DNA of 64,000 bases from Gemmatimonadota bacterium (GCA_036475815.1 JAZGAL010000132.1:15794-79793); one strand, 5' to 3'. Shown: positions 48,300 through 58,984, counted from the stretch's first letter. Numbers and translations: made by a program. The notes: generated by a model not told the origin, from the sequence alone.

Positions 48300-49768
48300 C
48301 GCGCCCCCTCTACGATGCGGGCCCGTGCTTCCGCGTCCCAGCGCGGAGGCTCATCGGCATTCGCCAGAGCCAGCGCCACCTCGAAGATCAGCCTGCTGAT
48401 GCGCGCGGCTTTGCCGAACGCGATGCGATCGACTTCGTCGGAAGGACGGTGGTAGTCCTCGTGCACCCCGTTGAAGAAGAAGACCGCCGGTATCCCCTTG
48501 CGGGCGAAGTTGAAGTGGTCGGAACGGAAGAAGAACCCTTCGCCCGGCCACCGATCCCCCACGACCGTCATGCCCAGCTCCGGATGCGCGATCGCCACGC
48601 TGTCGACGAGCGCTCCAAGAGTCGAATACGGCTTGCCGATCACGGCGATGGTATCCTCCCAGTTCCGGCCTATCATGTCGATGTTCAGATCGGCAATGAT
48701 CCGGTCGAGAGGAATCGGAGGGTGGTTCACGAACCAGCCCGAGCCCAGAAGGCCGATCTCTTCGCCGCTCACCGCCAGGAACATTAGCGATCGCCTGGGC
48801 CGCTCTTTCAGCGCGGCCATGGCTTCAGCGACCTCGAGCAAGGCGGCCGTCCCCGACGCGTTGTCGTCAGCCCCATTGTAGATCGAATCCCCATCCACGG
48901 GCGGGCCTACTCCAAGGCCGTCCATGTGAGCGCTGACAAGCACGTACTCATCCTGAAGCCGCCGGTCGCTGCCGGGGAGGATTCCGATGACATTGGGCGC
49001 CGCCAGCGTTTCGACGCTGAGGTCTGCAGAGAGCTGGATCCGCGCTCCGGAGGGGACGATACCCCGCGCCTCAACGCTGGGCTCGACCTCGATGCCCAGC
49101 CGCTCGAGAGCGCTGGCCAGCGCCTCTTCCAAGATCAGAACCGCCGGCAGGTTCGGCTCGACGTCGCCCAGGTCGTAGATGCTCTCCCTTTCCTCGAGCC
49201 AATCGCGCACATACGGCCCAATGTCGGCATGGACCACGAAGACCAGGCCCACGGCACCCGCCGCACTCGCTGCGCCCAGCCACTCGCGCGGTATTGTGCC
49301 CGGATCGAGGTGAGCGATCCAGACCGTCTCGGCGTCCTCGACGGCTCCTTCCGGCGGCCGCGATCCGACGAAGCGCAACCGCCCTTCGACCGTGCCCGCA
49401 GCCCAAGGAACGCCCCAGAAATCGGTGCGGTGACGAAGCGTGGCCCGGCGGCTGCCACGCCTCAGCACAAGCGACCAGCCACTGCCGATATCCGTCATCG
49501 CCAGCCGGTAACGCTGTACGTAACCACCCCTCGTCGACTCGAGTCCGAAGCGCAAGAACTCCGACCTCACGTAATCAGCGGCTATGTCCAGGCCACGGCT
49601 CGGAGTCGCGCGCCCCCGAAGCTGATCCGACGCCAGAAAGGAGATTCGCGCCCGCATGTCGCCGGCGGTTATGTCGTCATCGACGCCCAGCGAGCCCGGC
49701 GCCGCCCGGCAGCCGACCCATAGCGCGCCGATAGCCAGTGTCAAGAAGAATGTCGATCTCGTTCCCAC
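48296..49768 (-). CDS. M28-family zinc aminopeptidase with PA domain, secreted
   Basis: Signal peptide. NGADDNASGTAALLEVA...AVSGEEIGLLGS metal-binding motifs. Confidence 0.85.
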   Translation of the reverse strand: MGTRSTFFLTLAIGALWVGCRAAPGSLGVDDDITAGDMRARISFLASDQLRGRATPSRGLDIAADYVRSEFLRFGLESTRGGYVQRYRLAMTDIGSGWSLVLRRGSRRATLRHRTDFWGVPWAAGTVEGRLRFVGSRPPEGAVEDAETVWIAHLDPGTIPREWLGAASAAGAVGLVFVVHADIGPYVRDWLEERESIYDLGDVEPNLPAVLILEEALASALERLGIEVEPSVEARGIVPSGARIQLSADLSVETLAAPNVIGILPGSDRRLQDEYVLVSAHMDGLGVGPPVDGDSIYNGADDNASGTAALLEVAEAMAALKERPRRSLMFLAVSGEEIGLLGSGWFVNHPPIPLDRIIADLNIDMIGRNWEDTIAVIGKPYSTLGALVDSVAIAHPELGMTVVGDRWPGEGFFFRSDHFNFARKGIPAVFFFNGVHEDYHRPSDEVDRIAFGKAARISRLIFEVALALANADEPPRWDAEARARIVEGAR

Positions 49769-49965
49769 CAGTAACCCTTAGTTGTTGCTGTCTATTCCCA
49801 TCCGCTCTCCAGATGCATCATATCCGAATCGCGGCCGTTCCGGCAACGTCTGTGGGACGAATGGCCCGGCAGCGTGCCACACGGTTATGTTTCGTGTTAG
49901 GCCGTACCCGGCGGTCGTCCGGTTTTCAAGAGACGAACTGGGTTTGATTCGGTACCGACAGCTCC

Positions 49966-50886
49966 ATGATGAATACCCGCGACAACCGTGAAAGGCCCGA
50001 TCTTCTCGATCCTGCCGAGCTCGACGCGCTTGGCGGTCTCGAGCTCGTAGCGCGGGCCGTAGTCAAGGGTTTCATCTCAGGCCTCCACAGATCTCCCAGC
50101 CGCGGCTTCTCCGTGGAGTTCGCGGAACACCGCGCCTATCGTCCCGGCGATGACCTCAGGTTCGTGGATTGGAAGATGTACGGTCGGTCGGATCGCTTCT
50201 TCCTCAAGCAGTACGAGGAAGAGACGAACCTGTCCGCCCACGTCTGCCTGGACGTGAGCCTCTCTATGGACTGGCGCAGTCGCGATAACGGGCTGCTGAC
50301 CAAGCTCGACTACGCCAAACGGCTGGCGGCCAGTCTCACACTGTTGCTGATCCGGCAGGGCGACCTTGCCGGCCTCACCTGTTTTGCCGAGCGTGTGCTC
50401 GGACGGACACCGCCCCGCGGGACCATCAAGCACTGGACGCAACTCGTGCGGCAGCTGGCGACACAACCGGCCGGTCAGTTGAGCGCCGCCGAGCTTGCGC
50501 TGGATGAGGTCGCGACGATCAAACGACAGCGCGGGCTGGTCATCCTGGTTTCCGACCTGCTCGTCGACGAGGCGGCGACACGCCGGGCCCTCAAGAAACT
50601 GCGCCACCGGGGCCACGAGGTGCTGGTATTCCACATCCTGGACCCGGGCGAGCTCGAGTTGCCCGGCACCGGCGACGCGGTCTTCGTCGATCCCGAGACG
50701 GGGGACGAGATCGCCGCGCGCTCGGTGGAACTTCGAGCCGAGTATCGCGAGGCGGTCACTGCCGCCGTGGACGAATGGCGGCGGGCCTGCGGCTCGCACC
50801 GGATAGACTACCACCCGATCTCCACCGATCAGCCGCTGGCACTCTGCCTCGGCGAGTACCTTCACACCCGCGCGCGCCTGGGGTGA
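49966..50886 (+). CDS. DUF58 domain protein (MoxR-associated, vWA-like)
   Basis: GFISGLHRSPSRGFSVEFAEHRAYRPGDDLRFVDWK is the DUF58 signature. Confidence 0.85.
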   Translation: MMNTRDNRERPDLLDPAELDALGGLELVARAVVKGFISGLHRSPSRGFSVEFAEHRAYRPGDDLRFVDWKMYGRSDRFFLKQYEEETNLSAHVCLDVSLSMDWRSRDNGLLTKLDYAKRLAASLTLLLIRQGDLAGLTCFAERVLGRTPPRGTIKHWTQLVRQLATQPAGQLSAAELALDEVATIKRQRGLVILVSDLLVDEAATRRALKKLRHRGHEVLVFHILDPGELELPGTGDAVFVDPETGDEIAARSVELRAEYREAVTAAVDEWRRACGSHRIDYHPISTDQPLALCLGEYLHTRARLG

Positions 50887-52868
50887 TCGGTTTCCTCTAC
50901 CCCGCCCTGCTGCTCGCGGCGGCCGCCGCCGCGGTGCCGATCATCTTGCACCTGATCCGGCGGCGCGAGATTCGACGGGTGATCTTCCCAGCCATCCGCT
51001 ACCTGCGCCAGGCCGAGCAGCGCCACGCGCGCCGGCTTCGCCTCAGACATCTGCTGCTGCTGGCCGCGCGCGTGCTCATAATCCTTCTGGCCGCCATCGC
51101 AGCGGCCGGACCGCTGGTCGGGCGCGGCGGCGCGGAAGATCACCACCCCACCGCCCTGGCGATCGTGGTCGATGAATCGCAGAGCACCGCCCAGCTCCTG
51201 GGCGAGCGCCGCTTCCTCGGTCTCTTGGTGGAGCGGGCCCAGCTCTCGCTCGATCTGGCAAACGCCGGCGATCGCATCGCCGTGTTCAGCGCCGTGAGGC
51301 CGAACGACGGAGCTATCACAACAGACCGGGCCGGCGCGCGCGAATACCTCGGCGACCTGCAGCCCGCAGCGGCGCTCGCCCGCCTGCCAGAGGCCCTGCG
51401 CCAAGCTGAAGCGTGGCTCCGATCCCAGCCCCGCCGGGCCCGGGAGATGCACATCTTCACCGACATGCAGGCGGTCTCGCTGCGAGACGGCGCAGCAGAT
51501 TCCGTCGAGCCGCCGGAAGCCGGCCAGGACATCTCGGTCGTGGTCTACGTGCCCGACTACACGCCGCAGCCCAACGGAACGGCCGCGAACGTTTTGCCCG
51601 AAGTCGAACCGCTGAGCGCGGGGCAGCAGACCTCGCTCTCGGTGACCCTCCGCTGGTTCGGCCCGGAGCCACCGTCCGATCCTGTGGTGGTCAGGCTCGT
51701 CAAAGGAGAGGACGTCGTCGCCGTCGCGGAGGGCATGTACGGCGGAAGCGCGCTGCTGCGACTGCCGCCGCAGGACAGCGGCTGGGTCCAGGGCTACGTG
51801 GAGGCGGCGCGTCACGGCCTGGCGGCGGACGACCGGCGCTATTTCACCTGGTTCGCTCGGCCCGCCGCCAGCGTCGCTGTGCTGGGCGATCCGGGGGCGT
51901 TCCTGGATTACGCCCTCGACGCACTGGAGCGGGGCGGCCGGCTGAAGCGCGCGCAACCGAGCGGAGCCGATGTCTGGGTCGCCATCGGCGGGGAGCGGCT
52001 GCGAGAGGCGCTGGCGGCGGGCAGCTCGGTGATCGTCATCCCCCCGTCCAGCCCGCTCGACCTGCCACGCCTGAACTCCCGGCTCAACCAGGCGCGCATA
52101 CCCTGGAGATACGAAACGGAACGCCGTAACCGTGGCGTGACGCGCATCGCTCTTGAAGCGCCGATAAACGGGCTGAGTGGCCTGGAGGTCCGCGAGTCCT
52201 ACCGGCTCGCCCCCAGTGGCCTCACAGCGGGCGACACGTCGCTAATCCAGCTCAGCGACGGGGAACCATGGCTCGTGCGTGGCACTACAACAGAGGGTAC
52301 AGCCTACGTGTTACTCGGGTCGCCATTGACCCACAACGCATCAGACATCCCGATCAGCGCGGCGATGGTGCCTTTCACGGACGCTCTGGTGGGCGAGTGG
52401 GCCCGGCACGGTAGTATCGAAGCGACCAACACCAACATGGAGGGCGTGGTGTCTGTCCGCCTGCCACCGCGCGCCCGCGAGGCCGTGAGCCCTGACGGTT
52501 CGCGGACCGTCATCGAGGGAGGGTCGTGGTTCCGCGCGACACAGGCCGGAAACTACTCCGTTCTGGGTGAGCAGGGTGTGATCGTGGCCTTCTCCGTGAA
52601 CGCCCCCCTGGTCGAGGCGGATCTCGTGCGGGGGCGTCAGGATGAGCTGGAGGCGGCCCTTCCAGCGGCGAGCTGGTCCTGGAGTCGAGGAGCGGACGCG
52701 GCCGATTGGCAGCGGAGCGTCTTCCACGCACGCCGGGGCAAGCTGGCCTGGCGGCCTCTTGTAGTGCTCTTCGTCCTCGTTTCAATTGTGGAGGCGACAC
52801 TCGCTGCCGCAGGCCGGAGACGAGCGGTGAAACCGGCTGGTACGGCAAGGAACGAGACGCGGGACTGA
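50883..52868 (+). CDS. BatA-like aerotolerance-type membrane protein (N-terminal double-TM anchor, large extracytoplasmic domain, C-terminal TM)
   Basis: N-terminus VIGFLYPALLLAAAAAAVPIILHLIRRRE...RHLLLLAARVLIILLAA matches the BatA N-terminal two-TM anchor. Start at GTG 50883 overlapping the DUF58 stop (GTGA). Confidence 0.65.
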   Translation: MIGFLYPALLLAAAAAAVPIILHLIRRREIRRVIFPAIRYLRQAEQRHARRLRLRHLLLLAARVLIILLAAIAAAGPLVGRGGAEDHHPTALAIVVDESQSTAQLLGERRFLGLLVERAQLSLDLANAGDRIAVFSAVRPNDGAITTDRAGAREYLGDLQPAAALARLPEALRQAEAWLRSQPRRAREMHIFTDMQAVSLRDGAADSVEPPEAGQDISVVVYVPDYTPQPNGTAANVLPEVEPLSAGQQTSLSVTLRWFGPEPPSDPVVVRLVKGEDVVAVAEGMYGGSALLRLPPQDSGWVQGYVEAARHGLAADDRRYFTWFARPAASVAVLGDPGAFLDYALDALERGGRLKRAQPSGADVWVAIGGERLREALAAGSSVIVIPPSSPLDLPRLNSRLNQARIPWRYETERRNRGVTRIALEAPINGLSGLEVRESYRLAPSGLTAGDTSLIQLSDGEPWLVRGTTTEGTAYVLLGSPLTHNASDIPISAAMVPFTDALVGEWARHGSIEATNTNMEGVVSVRLPPRAREAVSPDGSRTVIEGGSWFRATQAGNYSVLGEQGVIVAFSVNAPLVEADLVRGRQDELEAALPAASWSWSRGADAADWQRSVFHARRGKLAWRPLVVLFVLVSIVEATLAAAGRRRAVKPAGTARNETRD

Positions 52869-52894
52869 CGGCGAAATCTAAGCATCCGTGATAC

Positions 52895-55800
52895 GTGATA
52901 ATAGACAGCCTTCGCAGCACGCCGGGATTTGCCCGCTTGAGGGATCGGCTACCTCGAGCGGGTGAGGAACGCCTGCTGGCGGGCCTCGCCGGATCGTCGC
53001 CGGTGGTCCTGGCCGCAGCGCTGGTCGAGGCCGGCGCAGTCCGATCCCTGCTTCTCGTCGCCCCCAGCGCATCGGTCACCGAAGACGTCGAGGCAGACCT
53101 GGAAGCTCTGGCCGTAGGCCGCTCCTGGGTCTTCCCGCAGCGGGAGTCCGTGCATCCGGATCTCGATGATCCGCACGTGGAGATCTCGGCCAAGCGCGTC
53201 GATGCCTTGCAGGCTGTGCTCACGAACCGGTCGCGGATCCTGGTGACCACCGGCCGGGCATTGAGCGAGCGATTCGCGATGCCTGCGACTTGGACGGATC
53301 TGGAGATCCGGCTGTCTCCCGGCCAGGAGATCGATCGCGACGCGCTCATCACTTCTCTGGAGCGGGCGGGCTACCGCGAGGTTCCAATGGTGGAGGCCGT
53401 CGGGGAGTACTCGCTCCGCGGCAGCATCGTGGACGTCTATCCCATCACCACGCTGGACCCCGTACGGCTGGAGTTCTTGGGTGACGAGGTCGAGTCGATC
53501 CGCTCCTTCGATGTTCTCGACCAGCGCTCGATCGCACATCTGGACACGGTTCGGCTGCTGCCGGTCCGCTTCCCGACTCCGATCGCCAAAGGTGCACCCG
53601 GACCCGGCCACGGCAAGCGTAGCTCCGTCGGCAGCCTGCTGGATGTGTTGCCCGAAGCGACCCTGGTGTTGCATCTCGATGCGGAGGCCGAAGATGATGA
53701 GCGGCAGAGGAGCTGGGATGAGCTTCGCCGGCGTTCGGAGACGCCCGAGACCCATCAGGATCCGCCCGATACGGTCCGCTCGAAGCTGCGCCGTTTCGCC
53801 CGGCTTCGCGTTGTGCCGTCCGCCGGCGACGAAGGCATCGACTTCCAGATCCGTCCGCCGCCGACCATCGACCGCCGAATCGAGCGTCTGGTCGCCGCGG
53901 TCCGGGAAGCGGCTCAGACGGGCGCACGAGCTCTCATACTGTGCGACAATGAGGGCCAGCTGGAACGCCTGGAGGAGATCCTCCAGGACGCTGCCGACGC
54001 GTCGACCTTCGAGAGCATCACGCTGGGCCTCGGGCCGCTGGCCGGCGGCTTCGTCAGCCCGCAGTCCCACCCGGCGCTCTGGCTCTTCACAGACCACGAG
54101 GTGTTCCGGCGCGCGCGCCGGCCACACCGCCGGCCGCGCGTGGCCGGCAAAGCGGCGCTGGAAACGCTTTCCACCCTATCGGCCGGCGACTATGTCGTGC
54201 ACCTCGATCACGGCATCGGGCTCTACCGCGGCCTCGAGCGGGTGAAGATCGGCGGCGAAGAGCTGGAGACGCTGGTCCTCGAATACGCCGGCGGTGATGT
54301 CCTGCGCGTGCCCCACTACCGGGCCGACCTGGTTGAGCGGTGGATCAGCGACAGCGGTGACGAAGGTGAGAGGCCGCCACCCAAGCTTCACCGACTCGGC
54401 AACAAATCCTGGCAACGCCTGAAGAAGCGAACGCAGGACGCCATTCAGACGATGGCGGCGGAGCTGCTGGAGCTGTACGCCGCACGCCGCGTCAGTGAAG
54501 CCCACGCCTTCAGTCCCGACACCCGATGGCAGCGGGAGATGGAGTCGGCCTTCATCTACGATGAGACTCCTGACCAGGAACGCGCGGCCGAAGAGGTCAA
54601 GCGGGCCATGGAGCAGCCCCGGCCGATGGATCTCCTGATCTGCGGGGACGTGGGTTACGGGAAGACCGAGATCGCGATCCGTGCCGCCTTCAAAGCCGTT
54701 CAGGACGGCAAGCAGGTGGCCGTCCTGGCGCCGACTACAGTGCTGGTGGAGCAGCATCTCCATACGTTCCGGGCGCGGCTGGCCGAGTACCCAGTCATCG
54801 TCGAGGCGCTCTCGCGCTTCAGGACGGCGAGTGAACAGGAAGCGGTTGTCGAGCGCCTGTCCGAGGGAGCCATCGACATCGTTATCGGGACACACCGGCT
54901 CATCTCACCGGATGTGCAGTTCAAGGACCTGGGCCTCCTGGTGATCGACGAGGAACAGCAATTCGGTGTAGCGCAAAAGGAGCGTCTCAAGGCGCTGAAG
55001 CGGAGCATCGACGTAATCACGATGACCGCCACGCCGATCCCTCGTACGCTGCATCTGTCATTGAGCGGGCTGCGCGACATGTCGCTAATCCGGACACCAC
55101 CACGCAACCGGCAGCCCATCATCACCCACACATTGAGCTGGGAGGACCAAACCATCGAAGATGCGATTCGCCTCGAGGTGGACCGTGGCGGCCAGGTCTT
55201 CTTCGTGCACAATCGCGTCGAATCGATTCCGGAGATAGCGACGAAGGTCCGGCGTCTGGTGCCGGACTTGCGCGTTGAGGTCGCTCACGGTCAGATGTCC
55301 GAGCGCCGGCTCGAGAAGGTGATGACCGAGTTCGTGCGGGGCGATACTCACGTACTAGTCGCAACCGCAATTATCGAGAACGGGCTCGACGTCCCCAACG
55401 CCAATACCATGATAATCCACCGGGCCGACTACTTCGGCCTGGCTCAGCTGTACCAGCTTCGCGGCAGGGTCGGCCGCTCTCACCAGCGCGCCTACTGCTA
55501 TCTGGTGGTCCCACCCAACCTGCCGCCCGAGACCGATCGCCGGCTCCAGTTGCTGGAGAAGCACACCGAGCTCGGCGCGGGTTACCGTCTCGCACTCAAG
55601 GACCTCGAGCTGCGAGGCGCAGGCAATCTCCTGGGCTCCGAGCAGTCGGGTTTCGCCCAAGCCGTTGGGTTCGACACTTACCTGCGTTTGCTGGAGAGTA
55701 CGGTGGCCGCGATGCGAAGCGGCGAAGCCGGGGCGCCGGCACGGCCCGAGGCGCCCGAAGTCTCGATATCCGGCGCCACCTACTTTCCGGAGAACTACAT

Positions 55801-56212
55801 CCCGGACGAAGGCCAGAAGCTCGACTTCTATCGCAGACTCTCGAAGCTCGCCGACCTCCAGGAGCTCGATCGCCTGACTGCGGAACTGCGGGACCGCTTC
55901 GGCCCGCTACCGGAGGAAGCCCGGCGGCTGGTCGCGGCTTCCCAGATCAGGATCCTGGGGAGCCGACTGGGCGTGGAGCGCATACTAGCGACAGGGGGCA
56001 CTGCTCGTGTTAACTTCCGGCGCGGTACTATACCACGACTGACGGCGTTGCGGGCGGCCATGGCGGGCCGAGAGATAGCCGTCGAGGTGCGCCGGCTGCA
56101 GCCGCTATCGCTGGTGTTCGAGCTTCCCGGATCGCAGGACGTTACGCCGATAATCGTGGAGGCGCTGGAACGCATTCTCGAGGAGCAGCGTGAACTCATA
56201 ACAACAGGGTAA
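52895..56212 (+). CDS. mfd: transcription-repair coupling factor
   Basis: 1105 aa. UvrB-homology N-terminal region, RNAP-interaction domain, SF2 helicase motifs (GDVGYGKTE, DEEQQFG) and TRG region. Confidence 0.97.
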   Translation: MIIDSLRSTPGFARLRDRLPRAGEERLLAGLAGSSPVVLAAALVEAGAVRSLLLVAPSASVTEDVEADLEALAVGRSWVFPQRESVHPDLDDPHVEISAKRVDALQAVLTNRSRILVTTGRALSERFAMPATWTDLEIRLSPGQEIDRDALITSLERAGYREVPMVEAVGEYSLRGSIVDVYPITTLDPVRLEFLGDEVESIRSFDVLDQRSIAHLDTVRLLPVRFPTPIAKGAPGPGHGKRSSVGSLLDVLPEATLVLHLDAEAEDDERQRSWDELRRRSETPETHQDPPDTVRSKLRRFARLRVVPSAGDEGIDFQIRPPPTIDRRIERLVAAVREAAQTGARALILCDNEGQLERLEEILQDAADASTFESITLGLGPLAGGFVSPQSHPALWLFTDHEVFRRARRPHRRPRVAGKAALETLSTLSAGDYVVHLDHGIGLYRGLERVKIGGEELETLVLEYAGGDVLRVPHYRADLVERWISDSGDEGERPPPKLHRLGNKSWQRLKKRTQDAIQTMAAELLELYAARRVSEAHAFSPDTRWQREMESAFIYDETPDQERAAEEVKRAMEQPRPMDLLICGDVGYGKTEIAIRAAFKAVQDGKQVAVLAPTTVLVEQHLHTFRARLAEYPVIVEALSRFRTASEQEAVVERLSEGAIDIVIGTHRLISPDVQFKDLGLLVIDEEQQFGVAQKERLKALKRSIDVITMTATPIPRTLHLSLSGLRDMSLIRTPPRNRQPIITHTLSWEDQTIEDAIRLEVDRGGQVFFVHNRVESIPEIATKVRRLVPDLRVEVAHGQMSERRLEKVMTEFVRGDTHVLVATAIIENGLDVPNANTMIIHRADYFGLAQLYQLRGRVGRSHQRAYCYLVVPPNLPPETDRRLQLLEKHTELGAGYRLALKDLELRGAGNLLGSEQSGFAQAVGFDTYLRLLESTVAAMRSGEAGAPARPEAPEVSISGATYFPENYIPDEGQKLDFYRRLSKLADLQELDRLTAELRDRFGPLPEEARRLVAASQIRILGSRLGVERILATGGTARVNFRRGTIPRLTALRAAMAGREIAVEVRRLQPLSLVFELPGSQDVTPIIVEALERILEEQRELITTG

Positions 56213-56213
56213 G

Positions 56214-57632
56214 ATGAACAGATATTCACCCGCACTGCCTTTTGCTGGTTTGCTGGCCGTTGTGCTCACCTCCTGCGCATCGGTGCGCGACGGCATGGAA
56301 GGGCAGAAGGACGCTGTGGCTCGCGTGGACGGCTACACTCTCACCATCGAGCACGCGGCCGAGTTGCTCTCCATCGCCGACGAGTCGATCGCACCGCCGC
56401 GTCCGAGCATCGTCGACCCTCTCGCCGACCTCTGGATCGGCTACACGCTGCTGGCCAGCGAGCTCACGAGCCCGGATACCTTCTCCAACGTCGACGTCAC
56501 ACCGCTGATCGGCTTCGAGATGGACCAGGAGCTGGTCTGGAGTCTCCGCGAAGACGTTATCCTGACTCGGGTGGAGCCCTCCGAGTCCGCTCTGCTCGAG
56601 TCGTTCCAGCAGGAACAACCGTACACGCGCGTCGAGTTACAGCAGATCCTCATCCGCGTGCCCGACACCGCGAGTGAAGCTCAGGTCGACAGCCTGAGAC
56701 TTTTTGCCGAAGAGCTGCGCGAACGCGTCGTCGCGGGTGAAGACTTCGGGCAGCTGGCTCGCACCTACTCCGAAGATCCGACCAGCGCCTCCCAGGGCGG
56801 AAAGCTGGGCTGGGTGGCCCGCGACCGCCTGGTACCGGAACTGGACGCGATCGTCTTCCACATGGAGCTCGGCACGGTCAGCGAAACCGTGAGGTCCAGC
56901 TTCGGGTACCATATCGTCACGGTCACGGATCGCCAGGAGCCGGACTTCGAGGGAGTTCGCGAAGAGTACCGACAGGTCGTGATGGAGCGCTACGTCGGCG
57001 GATCCGAGCGGGCCTATATCGATTCGCTGTTCGATGCCGCCGATTTTCAGTTCGCGCACGGCGCGGTTGATCTGGTGAGGCTGCTCGTGTACGACCCCAG
57101 GCTCGAGAGACTCAGCCCGGCGGAGCGAAGCGCCGTGCTCGCGCGTTACCGCGGTGGCAAGCTGACACTGGGCGAATGGGCCAACTGGTTGATCAGACGT
57201 TCACCCAATGCGCGTCGTGCTTTCTCAGCCGATAGCGCGGCCGTCGCGGGTTACCTCCGTGAGCTGGTCCGCAACAAGCTGCTCATCAAAGCGGCTCGGG
57301 ATCTGGGCTATACGGTGCCGGAATCGATAGCCGACAGCATCAGGAGTGTCGGTACTCGCGAGTTGTTCTCGGCCGCGGGCGTCTCCGGCCTGCGGCGACG
57401 GGGACTCGTGAACGGAGAAGAAACCGTCGAGCAGGCTGTAGACCGGGTTCTTGCTGAGTTGCTTACCCAGCAGCGTAGCCCGGCGCCGCTGGAGCGCGTG
57501 GCACCGGCTCTGAAGATCGGGCATGTTTATCAGATCTATCCGGAGCGCTTCCCCGAGGTCATCGAGCTGCTTGTGGCGATCCGCGCAGGCGGAGCCCCGG
57601 CCGCCACGCCGGCAACGGGGCCTGGATCGTGA
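56214..57632 (+). CDS. parvulin-type peptidyl-prolyl isomerase, lipoprotein (PrsA/SurA-like)
   Basis: Lipobox VVLTSC|A. PpiC/parvulin domain GGKLGWVARDRLVPELD...SFGYHIVTV. Confidence 0.8.
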   Translation: MNRYSPALPFAGLLAVVLTSCASVRDGMEGQKDAVARVDGYTLTIEHAAELLSIADESIAPPRPSIVDPLADLWIGYTLLASELTSPDTFSNVDVTPLIGFEMDQELVWSLREDVILTRVEPSESALLESFQQEQPYTRVELQQILIRVPDTASEAQVDSLRLFAEELRERVVAGEDFGQLARTYSEDPTSASQGGKLGWVARDRLVPELDAIVFHMELGTVSETVRSSFGYHIVTVTDRQEPDFEGVREEYRQVVMERYVGGSERAYIDSLFDAADFQFAHGAVDLVRLLVYDPRLERLSPAERSAVLARYRGGKLTLGEWANWLIRRSPNARRAFSADSAAVAGYLRELVRNKLLIKAARDLGYTVPESIADSIRSVGTRELFSAAGVSGLRRRGLVNGEETVEQAVDRVLAELLTQQRSPAPLERVAPALKIGHVYQIYPERFPEVIELLVAIRAGGAPAATPATGPGS

Positions 57633-58984
57633 GTTGTCGCGACTTCTCACGAGGCGTCTGTCTCTGCAGCTCGCTTTGGCTGGCCACGGGTCTCGGCGTC
57701 TTGCCTGGCTCCGCCGCTTCCGCGCTCGCCCAGCAGCCTTCCGATCTGGTCGATCGGATCGTGGCCGTCGTCGGCGATACCGCCGTCCTGCAGAGCGAGC
57801 TGCAGGAGTTCGTGTTTCGCCTTCGCGCCCAGGGTGTTCAGGTGCCCCAGGATCCGCAGCAGTTGAACGCGTTTATGCGGCAGGCGCTGGACCAGAAAGT
57901 GAACGAAGTGCTGCTCATCGTTCATGCCGAGCGGGATGGGATCACGGCCACGGAAGGGGAAGTCAACGAGGAGGTCGACAACCGCATCGCGCAGGTGCAG
58001 CGGCAGTTCGCATCGCAGATCGAGTTCGAGCAAGTGCTCGCCAGCGAAGGTATCACACCCGCCGAGTACCGAATCAGGATAACCGAGCAGGCGCGGGCAG
58101 AGATCATCGCACAGCGCTACCTGCAGATGATGGTGTCGAGCCTGCAGCCGCTGCCGGTGAGCCAAGAGGAAGTGAAGGCGCGATTCGAGGCGCAGAAGGC
58201 GTCGCTCGGGCAGAAGCCGGCCACCGTCACCCTGAAGCAGGTCGTGATCAAAGCCAGTCCGTCCGATGACGCGCGCCTGCTCGCGCAGGAGAAAGCGGAA
58301 CAGGCGCTCTCCCGAGCGAGAGCGGGCGAAGACTTCGCGGTGCTGGCCCGCGAGTACTCGGACGACCCGGGCAGTCGACAGAAAGGCGGACAGCTCGGTT
58401 GGCTAAGCCAGAGCGACGTCGTCCCCGAATTCGGGGACGCCCTGTTCAGCATGCAGGTGGGGGACATCAGCGACCTTGTCGAGAGCAGCTTCGGCTTCCA
58501 CATCATCAAGCTCGACAAAGTGAGAGGGGACGAGCGATCGGCCCGGCACATCCTCGTCCGACCCGAGCTGACCCCGGAAGACACTTCCCGGGCCCACAGC
58601 CTGGCTGAGGAGGTGGCCGTAGCCCTGAGGGAGGGTGCTGACATAGACTCGCTCATCCTGCTTTACGGCGACCCCGCCGAGCGAAACAGCCTCACGAACT
58701 TCCCTCGCGACAGGCTGTCCCCGGGGTACGCCGCGGCCCTCCAAGATGCCAAGGCAGGCGATGTCATAGGGCCATTCCCGATGGAGATGCCGGATGTTGC
58801 GGCGACGTGGATCGTTGCCAAGCTGCTCGCGGTGAACCCTGGCGGTGAGTGGACACTCGAGGATGTCAATGACAGCCTTCGCCTGCAGATCCAGCAGGAG
58901 CAGATGCTTCAGAGGGTCATCGACGATCTGCGTGAACAGACCTACATCGAAATAAGGTTTGAAGGCCTACCAACCACACGGTAA
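57629..58984 (+). CDS. surA: SurA-like periplasmic chaperone / parvulin PPIase
   Basis: Signal peptide with ALA|QQ site. SurA N-terminal chaperone-like region plus parvulin domain GGQLGWLSQSDVVPEF...SFGFHIIKL. GTGA overlap with the upstream paralog. Confidence 0.8.
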   Translation: MSCRDFSRGVCLCSSLWLATGLGVLPGSAASALAQQPSDLVDRIVAVVGDTAVLQSELQEFVFRLRAQGVQVPQDPQQLNAFMRQALDQKVNEVLLIVHAERDGITATEGEVNEEVDNRIAQVQRQFASQIEFEQVLASEGITPAEYRIRITEQARAEIIAQRYLQMMVSSLQPLPVSQEEVKARFEAQKASLGQKPATVTLKQVVIKASPSDDARLLAQEKAEQALSRARAGEDFAVLAREYSDDPGSRQKGGQLGWLSQSDVVPEFGDALFSMQVGDISDLVESSFGFHIIKLDKVRGDERSARHILVRPELTPEDTSRAHSLAEEVAVALREGADIDSLILLYGDPAERNSLTNFPRDRLSPGYAAALQDAKAGDVIGPFPMEMPDVAATWIVAKLLAVNPGGEWTLEDVNDSLRLQIQQEQMLQRVIDDLREQTYIEIRFEGLPTTR

